Positions 29,926-40,372 are shown, counted from the stretch's first letter. The stretch: DNA of 64,000 nt from an uncultured Methanosarcinales archaeon (GCA_964409385.1 CAYPCY010000002.1:79941-143940); one strand, 5' to 3'. Numbers and translations: made by a program. Notes: generated by a model from the letters alone, not told the origin.

Positions 29926-31020
29926 GAATTCTTTTATTGTCTCAACAATTTCTTTCTTTGTATTTTCAAATTCAAATTTGGTAAGTATTGTTCTTCTTGC
30001 ATTAGTTCCTATTTTTTCTCTTAATTTGTAATTTTTTAATTCTTTAAGTTTTCTGTACAGAAAGAAAGAGTTTTTGAACGGGAAGAAAAAACTATTTTTT
30101 CCATCTTCTATATAATCATTAACAAAACCTACAGGAGTACTAATTACAGGAAGAGAACAAGACATTGCTTCCATAACTGCTAAGCAACTAGTTTCTGTCA
30201 AACTTGGCATTACATAAACATCCATAGAATTCAAGTAAGGGATAACATTATTTTGTTTTCCAACTAAAATAATATTTTTTCTTTCTAGTTTGTCTTTTAA
30301 TTCTTCTAAACCATCCCCAACTATTAATAATCTAGAATTTTTATCATTTAATCTTCTGAATGCCCTAAGAAGAGTTAAAAGATCTTTTTCCCTGGCTATT
30401 CTTCCATGATATCCTATAACATATTTTCCTTCTAATCCTAATTTCTTTTTTAGTTCTCCCTTATTAAGTGCTGGTTTGAATTTTTTAGTATTTACGCCCA
30501 TATGAATTATTTTTTTCTTTGTTTTGAACCCATTCCATTCTAATTTATCAGCAAGATTTTGGGAGGGCAATATTAACAAGTCAGTCTTGTTATAAATCCA
30601 CCTGCTTATTTTTTTGACTAATAATTTGCTGATTATTTTTAGTAGTGATGTCTTTAATGCTTTTGAAGAAAGTTCCCATTCAATAGTGTGAATGTATGAT
30701 ATTATTTTCTTTCCTTGTTTTTTAGCTGCTAGTATTGATAAAAAACCAACCGGTCCTATTGATTGATTAAATATAAAGTCTGATTTAGAAACTTCTTGTT
30801 TTATTGTTTTCCTATCAAATTTTGCAAATTGTATATCTCCAAAGTTTTTTTTAATTGTTTTTATTCTTTTAATATTAAATTTTTTCTCTAATTTTCCGAA
30901 GTCAGGAGCTAATATTTTAACTTGAAATTCTTTTTCTAAACTGGGAAGTATATCCATTAAAAATCTGACTATTCCATCCCAACGAGGTAGGAAACAATCA
31001 GTTGTTATAAGTAATTTCAT
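29914..31020 (-). CDS. Glycosyltransferase family 4
   Basis: GRIAREK, PSLTETSCLAVMEAM. Confidence 0.92.
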   Translation of the reverse strand: MKLLITTDCFLPRWDGIVRFLMDILPSLEKEFQVKILAPDFGKLEKKFNIKRIKTIKKNFGDIQFAKFDRKTIKQEVSKSDFIFNQSIGPVGFLSILAAKKQGKKIISYIHTIEWELSSKALKTSLLKIISKLLVKKISRWIYNKTDLLILPSQNLADKLEWNGFKTKKKIIHMGVNTKKFKPALNKGELKKKLGLEGKYVIGYHGRIAREKDLLTLLRAFRRLNDKNSRLLIVGDGLEELKDKLERKNIILVGKQNNVIPYLNSMDVYVMPSLTETSCLAVMEAMSCSLPVISTPVGFVNDYIEDGKNSFFFPFKNSFFLYRKLKELKNYKLREKIGTNARRTILTKFEFENTKKEIVETIKEFSDF

Positions 31021-31652
31021 CTTACTCTATAGAATACCTCTGCCATTATTCCTTTGTTTGTTATTCCGTTTAGAAAAGACAATAAATAAACATTCCATAA
31101 AAGTCCTAATAAAGAAATTTTTTGACTTTTGAAACAAGATAACGCTTTCTTTTTTATTTCAAAAGTTTTACTTATATCAACAACAAATTTAGGAAAATTT
31201 CTTTTAATATTCACTAAATTCCAAATTCTGAAGGAATAAACTTCACTTTTCACTTTTAATTCATCATAAGCATTTAGAACTTGTTTTTGAACTGCTCTAT
31301 GGTCAGGATGAGGATCGTTTATAGAATGTGTGAATATTTTTTCTGGAGTTTCTTTAAGAATTATTGTTTTTATTGTTTTTATTGTTTTTTCTTTTTTCCT
31401 ATTAAATTTTCCTTCTTCAAGATTGAAAAATTCTACTCCATATCCACCAATTATCTTATCTGCCTTTTCTGCTTCTTTAATTCTCAAATTTCCTATGTAT
31501 GATTCTTTAAGCCAAGGGTTTGCTAATACTCCTTGAGAAAAAATAAATGTCTTAATTTTATAGTTTTTTTGTGCATATTTTGCAAGGGTTCCGCCAGGTC
31601 CTATTATTTGATCGTCTGAATGAGCGCAAAAAACTAATATTGTTTTTTTCAT
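31017..31652 (-). CDS. PIG-L/LmbE family deacetylase
   Basis: AHSDD, HPDH, FKSQ. Confidence 0.92.
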   Translation of the reverse strand: MKKTILVFCAHSDDQIIGPGGTLAKYAQKNYKIKTFIFSQGVLANPWLKESYIGNLRIKEAEKADKIIGGYGVEFFNLEEGKFNRKKEKTIKTIKTIILKETPEKIFTHSINDPHPDHRAVQKQVLNAYDELKVKSEVYSFRIWNLVNIKRNFPKFVVDISKTFEIKKKALSCFKSQKISLLGLLWNVYLLSFLNGITNKGIMAEVFYRVR

Positions 31653-31665
31653 TGCTTTTCTTCTA

Positions 31666-32379
31666 TTATGAAGATTTATATAATTTTGGAATTATTTTAC
31701 TAGTTTCCTGAACTATTAATACACTGACTATCATAGAGAATAATAATAATTGGAGAGCGAGAATTATTAATAATAAATAGTACGAAATATTGTTGGTTCT
31801 AGTAATAAAAACTCCTAAATATGCTGTTGAAAAAATATAAGGAATTAACCCAAAACTTGTTGCTGTTAAAAATGTCGAATATTTCATTTTTGAAAATCCT
31901 GCTATATAACTTAAAGCGTCAACACTAGTAAATGGGTTAAGCCTTAAGAAGAATAAAATAGTTCCTCCGTGTTTTTGTGTTACTCTATCAAATTTAATGA
32001 GTTTTTCATGAGAAATATATCTTTTTAATTTATCTCTTCCTAATTTTTTAGAGATGAAAAAAACTGCTGTTGAAGCCATAATATTTCCAACTAAGGCAAT
32101 TATAAATCCTGTTATTCCACCAAATAATGCTCCAGCAGACGCGTAAATTATGAAGCCAGGCATTGAAAGGAAAACTTCTACAAAAATAAATCCTATGAAT
32201 GGAATTATTGCTAAAATACCATAATTTTCCAAACTTGATTGTAACGCACTAGGATCTTCATTTAATAATACATGAACAAATCCTTCAGATTGATAATTCC
32301 AAAATAGCAAACTTGAAAGTAGTAAGAAAGTTATTATTGTAGTTAATAGATTTTCTCTCAAGAATTTTTCCCACTTCAT
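31666..32379 (-). CDS. TVP38/TMEM64 (DedA superfamily) membrane protein
   Basis: GALFG, FFISKKLG, LRLNP, SYIAG. Confidence 0.88.
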   Translation of the reverse strand: MKWEKFLRENLLTTIITFLLLSSLLFWNYQSEGFVHVLLNEDPSALQSSLENYGILAIIPFIGFIFVEVFLSMPGFIIYASAGALFGGITGFIIALVGNIMASTAVFFISKKLGRDKLKRYISHEKLIKFDRVTQKHGGTILFFLRLNPFTSVDALSYIAGFSKMKYSTFLTATSFGLIPYIFSTAYLGVFITRTNNISYYLLLIILALQLLLFSMIVSVLIVQETSKIIPKLYKSS

Positions 32380-32454
32380 TACCTTTTTTTGAAATTATTA
32401 ACTATAAAAATCTATTCCCTAAAATTATTAAATGATTACTATTATATACTTTTA

Positions 32455-32931
32455 ATGAAATTCCCTCTTTCGGTTGCTATTGCTGCTTTAATTCATAATA
32501 ATAAAATTTTGATGATTAAAAGAGCTAAAGGTTCTTATTCTGGATTGTGGGGGTTTCCTGGCGGCAAGATAGAATTTGATGAGCATGTTTCTGAAGCTGC
32601 TCTTAGAGAAATTTTTGAAGAGACAGGTATCGAATCGGAATTTAAGAGACATGTAGGATTTGTTTCTGAACATTTAATGGAGAATAAAGAAATAATTAGA
32701 CATTTTTTGCTTCACATTTGTGAATTAACTCCTAAGAATACTAAATTCGTTGAAGGTCGTGAAGGAGAACTTGCCTGGTTTGATCTTGATAATATTAGCA
32801 GGGTGAAAGAACATCTTATTCCCAGTGACTTCCTGATTATTAATAATCTTATTAAAAATGCTGGAAGTACTTATTATAATTGTGTTATTGAAAAATCTGG
32901 AGAGTTTCACGTTCTGAAAAAGTTTGAATGA
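32455..32931 (+). CDS. NUDIX hydrolase
   Basis: GGKIEFDEHVSEAALREIFEETG Nudix box. Confidence 0.92.
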   Translation: MKFPLSVAIAALIHNNKILMIKRAKGSYSGLWGFPGGKIEFDEHVSEAALREIFEETGIESEFKRHVGFVSEHLMENKEIIRHFLLHICELTPKNTKFVEGREGELAWFDLDNISRVKEHLIPSDFLIINNLIKNAGSTYYNCVIEKSGEFHVLKKFE

Positions 32932-32934
32932 TAA

Positions 32935-33399
32935 TTATTTTGGAAAAACAATGCCTCCAATAAAATCCACTCTGTAAATTTATTTATTGTCTTGCTTTAT
33001 TATTTCCTTTCCAGTAAAGTATTCTAGACTTCCTTGAACTTTGCAGGAATATTTGAATTTTTTTATATTAAAAGTTTCAGGTCCCCTGAACGGGTATTCT
33101 TCAGTTACTTTCATTAATGCTTCTTTTAAGAATGAGTAAGTTTTTTTTGCTTTGCTATGTTGTTTTGGTTTCATTCCTCCAGCGTAGGACATTGTCCAGA
33201 TTGGTTTGTTTTTGTACTTTATTATTGAGATTCCTGGGAATGTGTAAAAACCAGTGTATAATTCTATATACTCGTAATTTCCTTCCTTGAATATTAATTC
33301 TTTAAACCCATCTATTGATGCTTCTACTTCCTTGCCTCCTGCAGCATAAGTGTTTTTATTAGCTTTTACTATGAATTCAGCCAGTTCTTCTAAGTTCAT
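32935..33399 (-). pseudogene. DUF5680-like gene with an in-frame TAA 14 codons before the natural end
   Basis: KNTYA, WTMSYAG, PFRGP; after QDNK* (TAA 32980-32982) the frame continues IYRVDFIGGIVFPK*. Confidence 0.6.
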
Positions 33400-33483
33400 A
33401 AATTGTTTTTGTTTTCTTCATTTTTTAATCTTCTTTATTTTTCTTCGGAAATTTTTATATATTACCTTCTCATTTCTTACTTA

Positions 33484-35214
33484 ATGGTGAAGTGGGATTT
33501 AAAGAAACTGATTCCTGAAGGTTCTGAAAAGTTAATTTCTGAACTAAAGTATAAGGTTGAAAAATTCAAGAAATATAGAGGGAACATAAATCTTGATAAT
33601 TTCTTTACTATTATGAAAGAGAGTGAAGAAATTAGTGGTTTGGCAAAGAGACTTAATGGTTATTCTTCATTATGGCTTTCTGAAAACACTTCTTCTTCAG
33701 AAAGAAATTCTTATAATTTGAAAGTTTCTCAATTATTAACTGATGTTGAAAATGAATTATTATTCTTTAGTTTATGGTTTAAATCATTGTCTGACAGGGA
33801 GGCGAAAAAGTTTATTGATATTTCTGAAGAGTACTATTATCATTTGGAGTCTATTAGGTTGTTTAAAGATCATACTCTGAAAGAGAAGGAAGAACAAATT
33901 CTTAATTTGAAAGATATTACTGGTGTAGAAGCAATTACTAGATTGTATGATATTATTACTAACAAGTTCAAGTTTTATTGGGATGGTAAAGAAATCACTC
34001 AGTCTGACCTTACTGTTTTTGTCAGGTCTTCAGATCCTAAGATTAGGGAGAAAGCATACAAAACACTATTTGGACCATATTATCGAGAGGAAATGGCTCT
34101 TGGTGAAGTGTATAAAACTATAGTGTTAGATTGGTATAATGAAAATTTGAAATTAAGAAGTTTTAAGACACCCATTTCTGTTAGGAATTTAGCAAATGAT
34201 GTTCCTGACGAGGCTGTTGATGCGTTATTAAATGTTGTCAGGAAAAATACAGGAATATTTCAGGAGTATTTTAAAATTAAAGCTGAACTTTTGGGGATGA
34301 AGAAATTATCCAGGTTTCATTTATACGCGCCAGTTTCTGACTTTGACAAGTCTTACTCTTTCGAAGAGTCTAAAAAGATTGTTTTAGAAACTTACAAGAA
34401 TTTTTCTGAAAAAGCATATTCTTACGCTAAGGAAATTTTCGATCTTGATAATGTTCATTCTGAAATTTCTCTAGGAAAACAGTCTGGCGCTTTTTGTTAT
34501 ACTGTAGTTAAGGATATTGCCCCATTCATATTATTGAATTTTGTGGGTAAACTTAATGATGTTTCTACTATGATGCACGAGTTTGGTCATGGAATTCATG
34601 GTAGGGCTGCAAGAGAACAAACACAATTTACTTTTCATTCGGCATTACCTATGGCTGAGACTGCTTCAATATTTGGGGAAACTTTATTGGAGAATAGGTT
34701 ATTAAAAGAATCTTCTGATAAGGATAAGATTAATTTATTAGTTAATACTATGGATGGTTTTTATGCTTCTATTGTTAGGCAGGTTTTCTTTGTTATTTTT
34801 GAAAAGGAAGCGCATGAGATGATTGCTAATAATGCTACTATTGAAGAATTGAATTCTGCCTACTTGAAAAATTTAAAGGAACAATTTGGTTCGGCCATGG
34901 ACATTCCTGATGATTTCAAGCATGAGTGGAAATACATTCCTCACATTTATCACACTCCTTTCTATTGTTATGCTTATGCTTTTGGTAATCTGTTAGGGTT
35001 GTCCTTGTATAAAATGTATGATCGTGAAGGTAGTGATTTTGCTGAAAAATATATGAGACTATTATCTTATGGTGGTGGTAATTCTCCTGGTAAGATTCTT
35101 AAGGAAATAATGGATGTTGATATTACTTCTGAAAAATTCTGGCAGGATGGTTTTGATATTATTAAGGAAAATCTTGAGGAGTTGAAAAGGCTTGGAAGAA
35201 TTAAAAAAGCTTAA
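33484..35214 (+). CDS. pepF: Oligoendopeptidase F (M3B)
   Basis: WDL, KQSGAF, HEFGH, AETAS, HIY..PFYCYAY. Confidence 0.94.
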   Translation: MVKWDLKKLIPEGSEKLISELKYKVEKFKKYRGNINLDNFFTIMKESEEISGLAKRLNGYSSLWLSENTSSSERNSYNLKVSQLLTDVENELLFFSLWFKSLSDREAKKFIDISEEYYYHLESIRLFKDHTLKEKEEQILNLKDITGVEAITRLYDIITNKFKFYWDGKEITQSDLTVFVRSSDPKIREKAYKTLFGPYYREEMALGEVYKTIVLDWYNENLKLRSFKTPISVRNLANDVPDEAVDALLNVVRKNTGIFQEYFKIKAELLGMKKLSRFHLYAPVSDFDKSYSFEESKKIVLETYKNFSEKAYSYAKEIFDLDNVHSEISLGKQSGAFCYTVVKDIAPFILLNFVGKLNDVSTMMHEFGHGIHGRAAREQTQFTFHSALPMAETASIFGETLLENRLLKESSDKDKINLLVNTMDGFYASIVRQVFFVIFEKEAHEMIANNATIEELNSAYLKNLKEQFGSAMDIPDDFKHEWKYIPHIYHTPFYCYAYAFGNLLGLSLYKMYDREGSDFAEKYMRLLSYGGGNSPGKILKEIMDVDITSEKFWQDGFDIIKENLEELKRLGRIKKA

Positions 35215-35770
35215 AGAAGAGTATAATGATTGTGAAAGATGTCCATTACTTGTAAAGAATAGAAATAATGTTGTTTTTGGTACGGGGGATAGTTCTAGAG
35301 TTTTAATTATTGGCGAAGCTCCTGGTATGCAGGAGGATTTGAGGAATGAACCTTTTGTTGGAAGGTCTGGTGAAGTTTTGAATTCTTTGCTTGCTGATAT
35401 TGGACTTTCGAGGAGTGATGTGTATATTACTAATACTATTCTTTGTAGGCCTCCTGATAATAGGAATCCTTCTTCTGAAGAGTTAAGGAATTGTAAGTCT
35501 AGGCTTGATAGGCATGTTGAAATTTTAGATCCTGAAGTTATTATTACTCTTGGAAATTTCGCTACAAAGTACATTTTAGGTACTAGTAAGGGTATTACTA
35601 CTATTCATGGTAGAGTTTTCGATATAGGGGGTAGGAAGGTAGTTCCTATGTATCATCCTGCTGTATTGCTTTATTCAGGTAATAATCCTGATAAGAGAAA
35701 AGAGTTACTTAATGATTTCATGACTGTAAAGACTTTGCTTGGTGGGACTGATTTAAGGAGTTTTTTATAA
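35192..35770 (+). CDS. Uracil-DNA glycosylase family 4
   Basis: CERC, GEAPG, PFVGRSG, CRPPDNR, YHPA; TTG start. Confidence 0.93.
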   Translation: MEELKKLKEEYNDCERCPLLVKNRNNVVFGTGDSSRVLIIGEAPGMQEDLRNEPFVGRSGEVLNSLLADIGLSRSDVYITNTILCRPPDNRNPSSEELRNCKSRLDRHVEILDPEVIITLGNFATKYILGTSKGITTIHGRVFDIGGRKVVPMYHPAVLLYSGNNPDKRKELLNDFMTVKTLLGGTDLRSFL

Positions 35771-35808
35771 TTCTAAATATTTTTAATTAGGAAGTAAATC
35801 CTAATAGT

Positions 35809-36189
35809 ATGATTAGAATATTCCTGGATACTATGTTCTTAATGATGCCTTTCCAGTTCAATGTAGATATATTTTCAGAATTGAATAGGTTGTTTGGAGA
35901 TTATGAAGCTTGCATTTCTAGCATTACATTTAAAGAATTAGACAATATTGAGAGTAAAGAATCTAAAGGTTCAGATAAATTAATTGTTAAGGCGGTAAGA
36001 AAGCTTATTGAACAAAAGAATTTGACAATTATTGAGTCTAATGAGCGTTTGGTTGATGATTTCCTTGTTGAAAACGCGGAAGATTTTGACTTTGTAGCTA
36101 CTCAAGATAAGGAATTAAAGAAAAAACTTAAAAACAGAACCAAATTCATTGTTTTGAGATCAGGTAAATATTTAGAAAATGTTTTATAA
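35809..36189 (+). CDS. PIN-domain protein (Fcf1/Utp24-like)
   Basis: LDTMFL, VDD, ATQD; conserved position before rpoE1. Confidence 0.88.
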   Translation: MIRIFLDTMFLMMPFQFNVDIFSELNRLFGDYEACISSITFKELDNIESKESKGSDKLIVKAVRKLIEQKNLTIIESNERLVDDFLVENAEDFDFVATQDKELKKKLKNRTKFIVLRSGKYLENVL

Positions 36190-36748
36190 AGTTAAGGTTA
36201 AGGATCATATAAGATTTCCTCCTGAAAGGTTTTCGGGGGATGTTACTGAAGGCATTCTTAATGAAATTAGAAAATCTTATGAAGGCTATACTTCTAAAGA
36301 TCTTGGTTTGGTAATGGATGTAACTGAAGTTTTTAATATTGGTGAAGGAATTATTGTTCCTGGTGATGGTGCTAGTTATTATGAAACTGAATTTGAACTT
36401 GTTAGTTTCAAGCCTGAATTGCATGAGGTTGTTATTGGTAGAATTAAGGATATTGCTGACTTTGGCGCTTTCTTGAATTTTGGTCCTGCGGACGGTATGA
36501 TTCATGTTAGTCAAACAATGAATGATTTTGTTTCTTTCAGTAAGGATAAGGTATTAACAGGTAAGGACACTAAAAGATTACTAAAAGTTGGAGATGTGTG
36601 TAAGGCTAAGATGATTGCAATTTCTTTTAAGGATAATTCGCCTAAGATTGGTCTTACAATGAGACAAGTTGGTCTTGGAAGGCAAGAGTGGATTGATGAG
36701 GATTTAGCTCCTAAAAAAACTATTACTAAAAAAGAGGTTAAAAAATAA
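36179..36748 (+). CDS. rpoE1: RNA polymerase subunit E' (Rpo7)
   Basis: PGDG, FGAF, DGMIHVSQ, KIGLTMRQ. Confidence 0.96.
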   Translation: MFYKVKVKDHIRFPPERFSGDVTEGILNEIRKSYEGYTSKDLGLVMDVTEVFNIGEGIIVPGDGASYYETEFELVSFKPELHEVVIGRIKDIADFGAFLNFGPADGMIHVSQTMNDFVSFSKDKVLTGKDTKRLLKVGDVCKAKMIAISFKDNSPKIGLTMRQVGLGRQEWIDEDLAPKKTITKKEVKK

Positions 36749-36749
36749 A

Positions 36750-36938
36750 ATGAAAAAGGACAAAGTTTGTAAGTCTTGCAAATTATTTGTTGATGGTAAT
36801 GTATGTCCTGTTTGTAAGAAAAATTTATTTTCTACAAATTGGCAGGGGAAGATTTACATGTTAGACACTAAAAATTCTAAAATTGCTAATGAGATTGGAA
36901 TTAAAGAAAAAGGAGAATATGCTATTAAAGTAAGTTGA
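36750..36938 (+). CDS. spt4: Transcription elongation factor Spt4 (RpoE'')
   Basis: CKSC...CPVC, WQG, SKIA, GEYAIKV. Confidence 0.95.
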   Translation: MKKDKVCKSCKLFVDGNVCPVCKKNLFSTNWQGKIYMLDTKNSKIANEIGIKEKGEYAIKVS

Positions 36939-36940
36939 AA

Positions 36941-37372
36941 ATGAAATTATTAACTCAAGAAAAAAATGATGTGTTTGGAAGGGAAGATTCTGTATTTCGG
37001 ATTTCTTATTCCGGAGCTACTCCTGATAGGAATTCTTTAAAGGAAGATATTGCTAAACAATTGAAGATAAAGTCTGATTCTTTAGTAATTAGAAAGATAG
37101 AACCAAAATTTGGTAAGAGTGAATCTTTAGTTTATGTTACTTCATATAAGAATAAGAAAGATTTAGAGACTTTAGAACTTAAACATTTAATTTCTAAGAA
37201 TAATAAGGAAGTTAAGAAGAAAGAAGAACCTAAAGAAGAAGTGGTTGAAGAATCTAAGGAAGAAAAGTCTGAAGAGGATTCTACTAATGAAACTAAAGAA
37301 GAAATAGTTGAAGAAAGTAAAGAAGAAGAACCTTCTGAAGAGAAAAAAGAAGCGGTAGAGGAGTCAGAATGA
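36941..37372 (+). CDS. rps24e: 30S ribosomal protein S24e with acidic tail
   Basis: N.VFGR, GATP.R, KFG; operon position. Confidence 0.9.
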   Translation: MKLLTQEKNDVFGREDSVFRISYSGATPDRNSLKEDIAKQLKIKSDSLVIRKIEPKFGKSESLVYVTSYKNKKDLETLELKHLISKNNKEVKKKEEPKEEVVEESKEEKSEEDSTNETKEEIVEESKEEEPSEEKKEAVEESE

Positions 37373-37530
37373 CTGAAGAAACAAAGAAAAAATCTTCAAA
37401 AAAGTGGGAAGCTTACAAGGATGGCAAAAAATTAAAGAGGGAATGCTTAAAGTGTGGCCCTGGAGTTTTTTTAGCTGAACATAACAATCGGTTTGCATGT
37501 GGCAAGTGTGGTTTTATGGAGAAAAAATAA
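37369..37530 (+). CDS. rps27ae: 30S ribosomal protein S27ae (absent from ORF track)
   Basis: MTEETKKKSSKKWEAYKDGKKLKRECLKCGPGVFLAEHNNRFACGKCGFMEKK*. Confidence 0.93.
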   Translation: MTEETKKKSSKKWEAYKDGKKLKRECLKCGPGVFLAEHNNRFACGKCGFMEKK

Positions 37531-37567
37531 GAAAGTATTAAATAATTAATTTCTCTTTTCTTTGATT

Positions 37568-38713
37568 ATGGATTTTAAAGACGATATTAATTCTGCCTGT
37601 AAGGCTTTAAAGATTAATGCAGTTTGTATAATTGGTGGTTCTTTTGCTAAAGGAACTAATTTAGATGATGATTTTGATATTGATTTCTTCCTAAAATTTT
37701 CTAAAAAATACAAGAATGAAGAAATTTCAAACTTGACAGAGAAAGTTCTAAAAAAATCTAAAATAAAATACTTAAGAATTCATGGTAGTAGAGATTATTT
37801 TCATTTTGAAAGAGAGACTAAGCATTATGAGGTAGTTCCAGTTTTTAATATTAAGAAACCTTCTGAAGCAATTAATATTACTGATGTTTCTCCATTACAT
37901 GTTGATTATGTTAAGAAAAAACTAAAAAAACCAGGTGATGTAAAACTTGTCAAGAGATTCTGCAAGGCTGGAAGAGTTTATGGAGCTGAATCTTATATTA
38001 ATGGATTTTCAGGTCATGTTATTGAATTATTAATAATTCATTATGGAAGTTTTAAGAATTTATTAAAGAAAGCTACTTCTTGGAATCCTAAAGTTATTAT
38101 TGATATTGAAAAAAAGGTTAAAAATCCATTAGTAAACTTGAATTCATCTAAAACAATAGGTCCTTTAATACTTCTTGATCCAGTTCAACCTGCAAGGAAT
38201 GCTGCTGCTTCATTGTCTTTGGAAAAATTCAATAAATTTAAGGATTTGGCTAATAATTATTTAAAGAAACCTTCTAACTCTTTTTTTAAGAAGAAAAAAT
38301 TAGATTTTTCTAAATTTAAGAAAAATAATCCTGCTTTGAAAATAGTTTTAAAACCTGTTGATTCTAGTAAGGACATTTCCGGAACTAAAGCATTCAAAGC
38401 ACTAAAATTTTTATTAAGATGTTTAGAAGAGAATAATTTTAAGATTAATTATGATTGGGAGTTTGATAAGAAGTTCATTATTTTTATTTCTGGAAAGTTA
38501 AAGTCTGATACTGTTATTGTTATTGGTCCACCCTTAAATAAAAAGGAGGATTGTAATAAATTTTTGAAGAAGAGAAAAAACACTTATAAAAAAAGTGGTA
38601 GGTTATTTTCTAAGGAGAAAGTCAAATTTAAAACTTTGAAATCTTGCTTAAATTTTTATTTGAAAGATTCTTATGTAACTTCTAGGATTAAGAGGGTTGA
38701 GAGTGTTATCTAG
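37568..38713 (+). CDS. cca: Archaeal class I CCA-adding enzyme
   Basis: GGSFAKGT..DFDIDFF, DVSPLH, YGAE, GFSG, DPVQPARN. Confidence 0.92.
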   Translation: MDFKDDINSACKALKINAVCIIGGSFAKGTNLDDDFDIDFFLKFSKKYKNEEISNLTEKVLKKSKIKYLRIHGSRDYFHFERETKHYEVVPVFNIKKPSEAINITDVSPLHVDYVKKKLKKPGDVKLVKRFCKAGRVYGAESYINGFSGHVIELLIIHYGSFKNLLKKATSWNPKVIIDIEKKVKNPLVNLNSSKTIGPLILLDPVQPARNAAASLSLEKFNKFKDLANNYLKKPSNSFFKKKKLDFSKFKKNNPALKIVLKPVDSSKDISGTKAFKALKFLLRCLEENNFKINYDWEFDKKFIIFISGKLKSDTVIVIGPPLNKKEDCNKFLKKRKNTYKKSGRLFSKEKVKFKTLKSCLNFYLKDSYVTSRIKRVESVI

Positions 38714-39287
38714 TTTTTATTTTTCATTAAAATCTTGGACTTTGGAAACTTTTGCACCTTATGGATTTTCAGGCTTGTTTTTACTTGCTTTTATAGAATC
38801 TTCCTTCTTTCCAATACCTCCTGATATTTTATTAATAATATTAGCACTTGCATCTCCAGAACAGGCTTATTTTTTGGCATTAATTGCTACTATCGGTTCT
38901 GTTTTAGGAGGTATTCTAGGTTATTATATTGGTTTTGCTGGTGAGAAATTAATTCTTGAAAAGATTTTTGCAAAGAACAAATTAAGAAAAATGCATAATT
39001 TATTTAACAAATATGAAACGATGGCCGTTTTTATTGGGGGGTTTACTCCATTACCTTACAAACTCTTCACTATCGCAGCCGGAGTTTTCTATCTTGATTT
39101 CAAAAAATTTGTTATTGCTTCAATATTGAGTAGGGGATTGCGTTTTTTCCTTGTTGCATCCTTAATTAGTTTTTTCCATGAGGGTATTGAAACTTTCATT
39201 CTGGAGTATGTTAATGTTCTAAGTATTGTCTTTGGAGTTTTAATTATTGGATATTTTGTTTTTAAGTTTTGGAGGAAGAAGAAATGA
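38697..39287 (+). CDS. DedA/YqaA family membrane protein
   Basis: ESSFFPIPPD, FTPLPYK, SRGLRF. Confidence 0.92.
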   Translation: MRVLSSFYFSLKSWTLETFAPYGFSGLFLLAFIESSFFPIPPDILLIILALASPEQAYFLALIATIGSVLGGILGYYIGFAGEKLILEKIFAKNKLRKMHNLFNKYETMAVFIGGFTPLPYKLFTIAAGVFYLDFKKFVIASILSRGLRFFLVASLISFFHEGIETFILEYVNVLSIVFGVLIIGYFVFKFWRKKK

Positions 39288-39790
39288 TTAATATTATTTT
39301 ATTACTTTTAGTTAGTTTCTTCTTGGATTCTATCTTTTTAGATATTTTTACTAACCTTCAATTTTTAGGATTAACTGGATTTTTTGAAATCTTTTCAATT
39401 TTTAATATTTTAATAGTGTTATTTATATTTACAGGTCTTGTTTTTTATGTTGTAAAGCCTAGTTTTAAAAGTTTAAAATCATTATATACTGGTTTATTAC
39501 TTACTTTTTTAGTGGTTGGTTTTCTGAAGATGATTATTGCAAGGCCTCGTCCTTTTGAAGGGTTTGAATCTGCCTTTTACAGTTTTCCTTCAGGTCATGC
39601 TGCCATTGCTTTTTCTAGTATTCCAGCATTTAAGAATTTTCCAAAGCCACTATTTTATTCTTTGATTGCATTCGCTGTTTTTGTTGCAGTCAGTAGGTTA
39701 TATTTGCAAGTTCATTACTTTAGTGATGTTGTTTTTGGAAGTGTTATTGGTTATTTTCTTGGAAGACTAGGAGGCTTGCTAAATGAATGA
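39284..39790 (+). CDS. PAP2 family lipid phosphatase
   Basis: K..IARPRP, SFPSGH, SRLYLQVHYFSDV. Confidence 0.93.
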   Translation: MINIILLLLVSFFLDSIFLDIFTNLQFLGLTGFFEIFSIFNILIVLFIFTGLVFYVVKPSFKSLKSLYTGLLLTFLVVGFLKMIIARPRPFEGFESAFYSFPSGHAAIAFSSIPAFKNFPKPLFYSLIAFAVFVAVSRLYLQVHYFSDVVFGSVIGYFLGRLGGLLNE

Positions 39791-40337
39791 ACTTTTTAGA
39801 CAATTATTTCATATTCTTTTAGGACTTTCAATAATAATTTCAGTAATTTTAGGTTTTGGTATTCCTTTCATTGTTTGTTTACTTATTCTTGGATTAATTA
39901 TTTTGTTATTAGTTAGGTTTAACTATTTTGGATCAATTACTGAAGTCGTTTCTGACATGACTAGGGATCATGAGAATATTCCTGGACTTGGAGGGTTTAC
40001 TTTAGTTCTTGGTTGTTTGATTCCATTATTGTTTTTTGATTATAGGATTGCATTGGTCGGGATTTCTGTATTAACTTTTGGGGATGCTGCAAGTACTGTG
40101 TTTTCTAGATTTGTTAAGACTAAAAAACTACCTTATTCTAGTAAGACTTATGGTGGTACTATTGCTGGTTTTACATTTGGTTTCTTAGGAGCATTACCTT
40201 TTATTAATTTACTAGGTGCTTTTCTTGCTGGTTTTGTAGGCAGTATTACAGAATCTTTTGATGAGTTTTTCGATGATAATTTAATAATTCCAGTTATCGT
40301 CTCATTATTTGTTTATTTCATTAGTCCTACCTTATAG
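39783..40337 (+). CDS. Dolichol/phytol kinase (SEC59-like CTP-dependent lipid kinase)
   Basis: RQLFH, GDAAS, KTYGGT, DDNLIIP. Confidence 0.88.
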   Translation: MNELFRQLFHILLGLSIIISVILGFGIPFIVCLLILGLIILLLVRFNYFGSITEVVSDMTRDHENIPGLGGFTLVLGCLIPLLFFDYRIALVGISVLTFGDAASTVFSRFVKTKKLPYSSKTYGGTIAGFTFGFLGALPFINLLGAFLAGFVGSITESFDEFFDDNLIIPVIVSLFVYFISPTL

Positions 40338-40372
40338 AAAATATTAAATAGTTAAACCTTCCAGAATTGATT

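Noticed and set aside
32980..32982. Stop-codon reassignment
   Set aside because: TAA, TAG and TGA all end conserved genes at expected positions elsewhere in the window
37200..37372. GAA-rich low-complexity repeat
   Set aside because: Simply encodes the acidic tail of S24e
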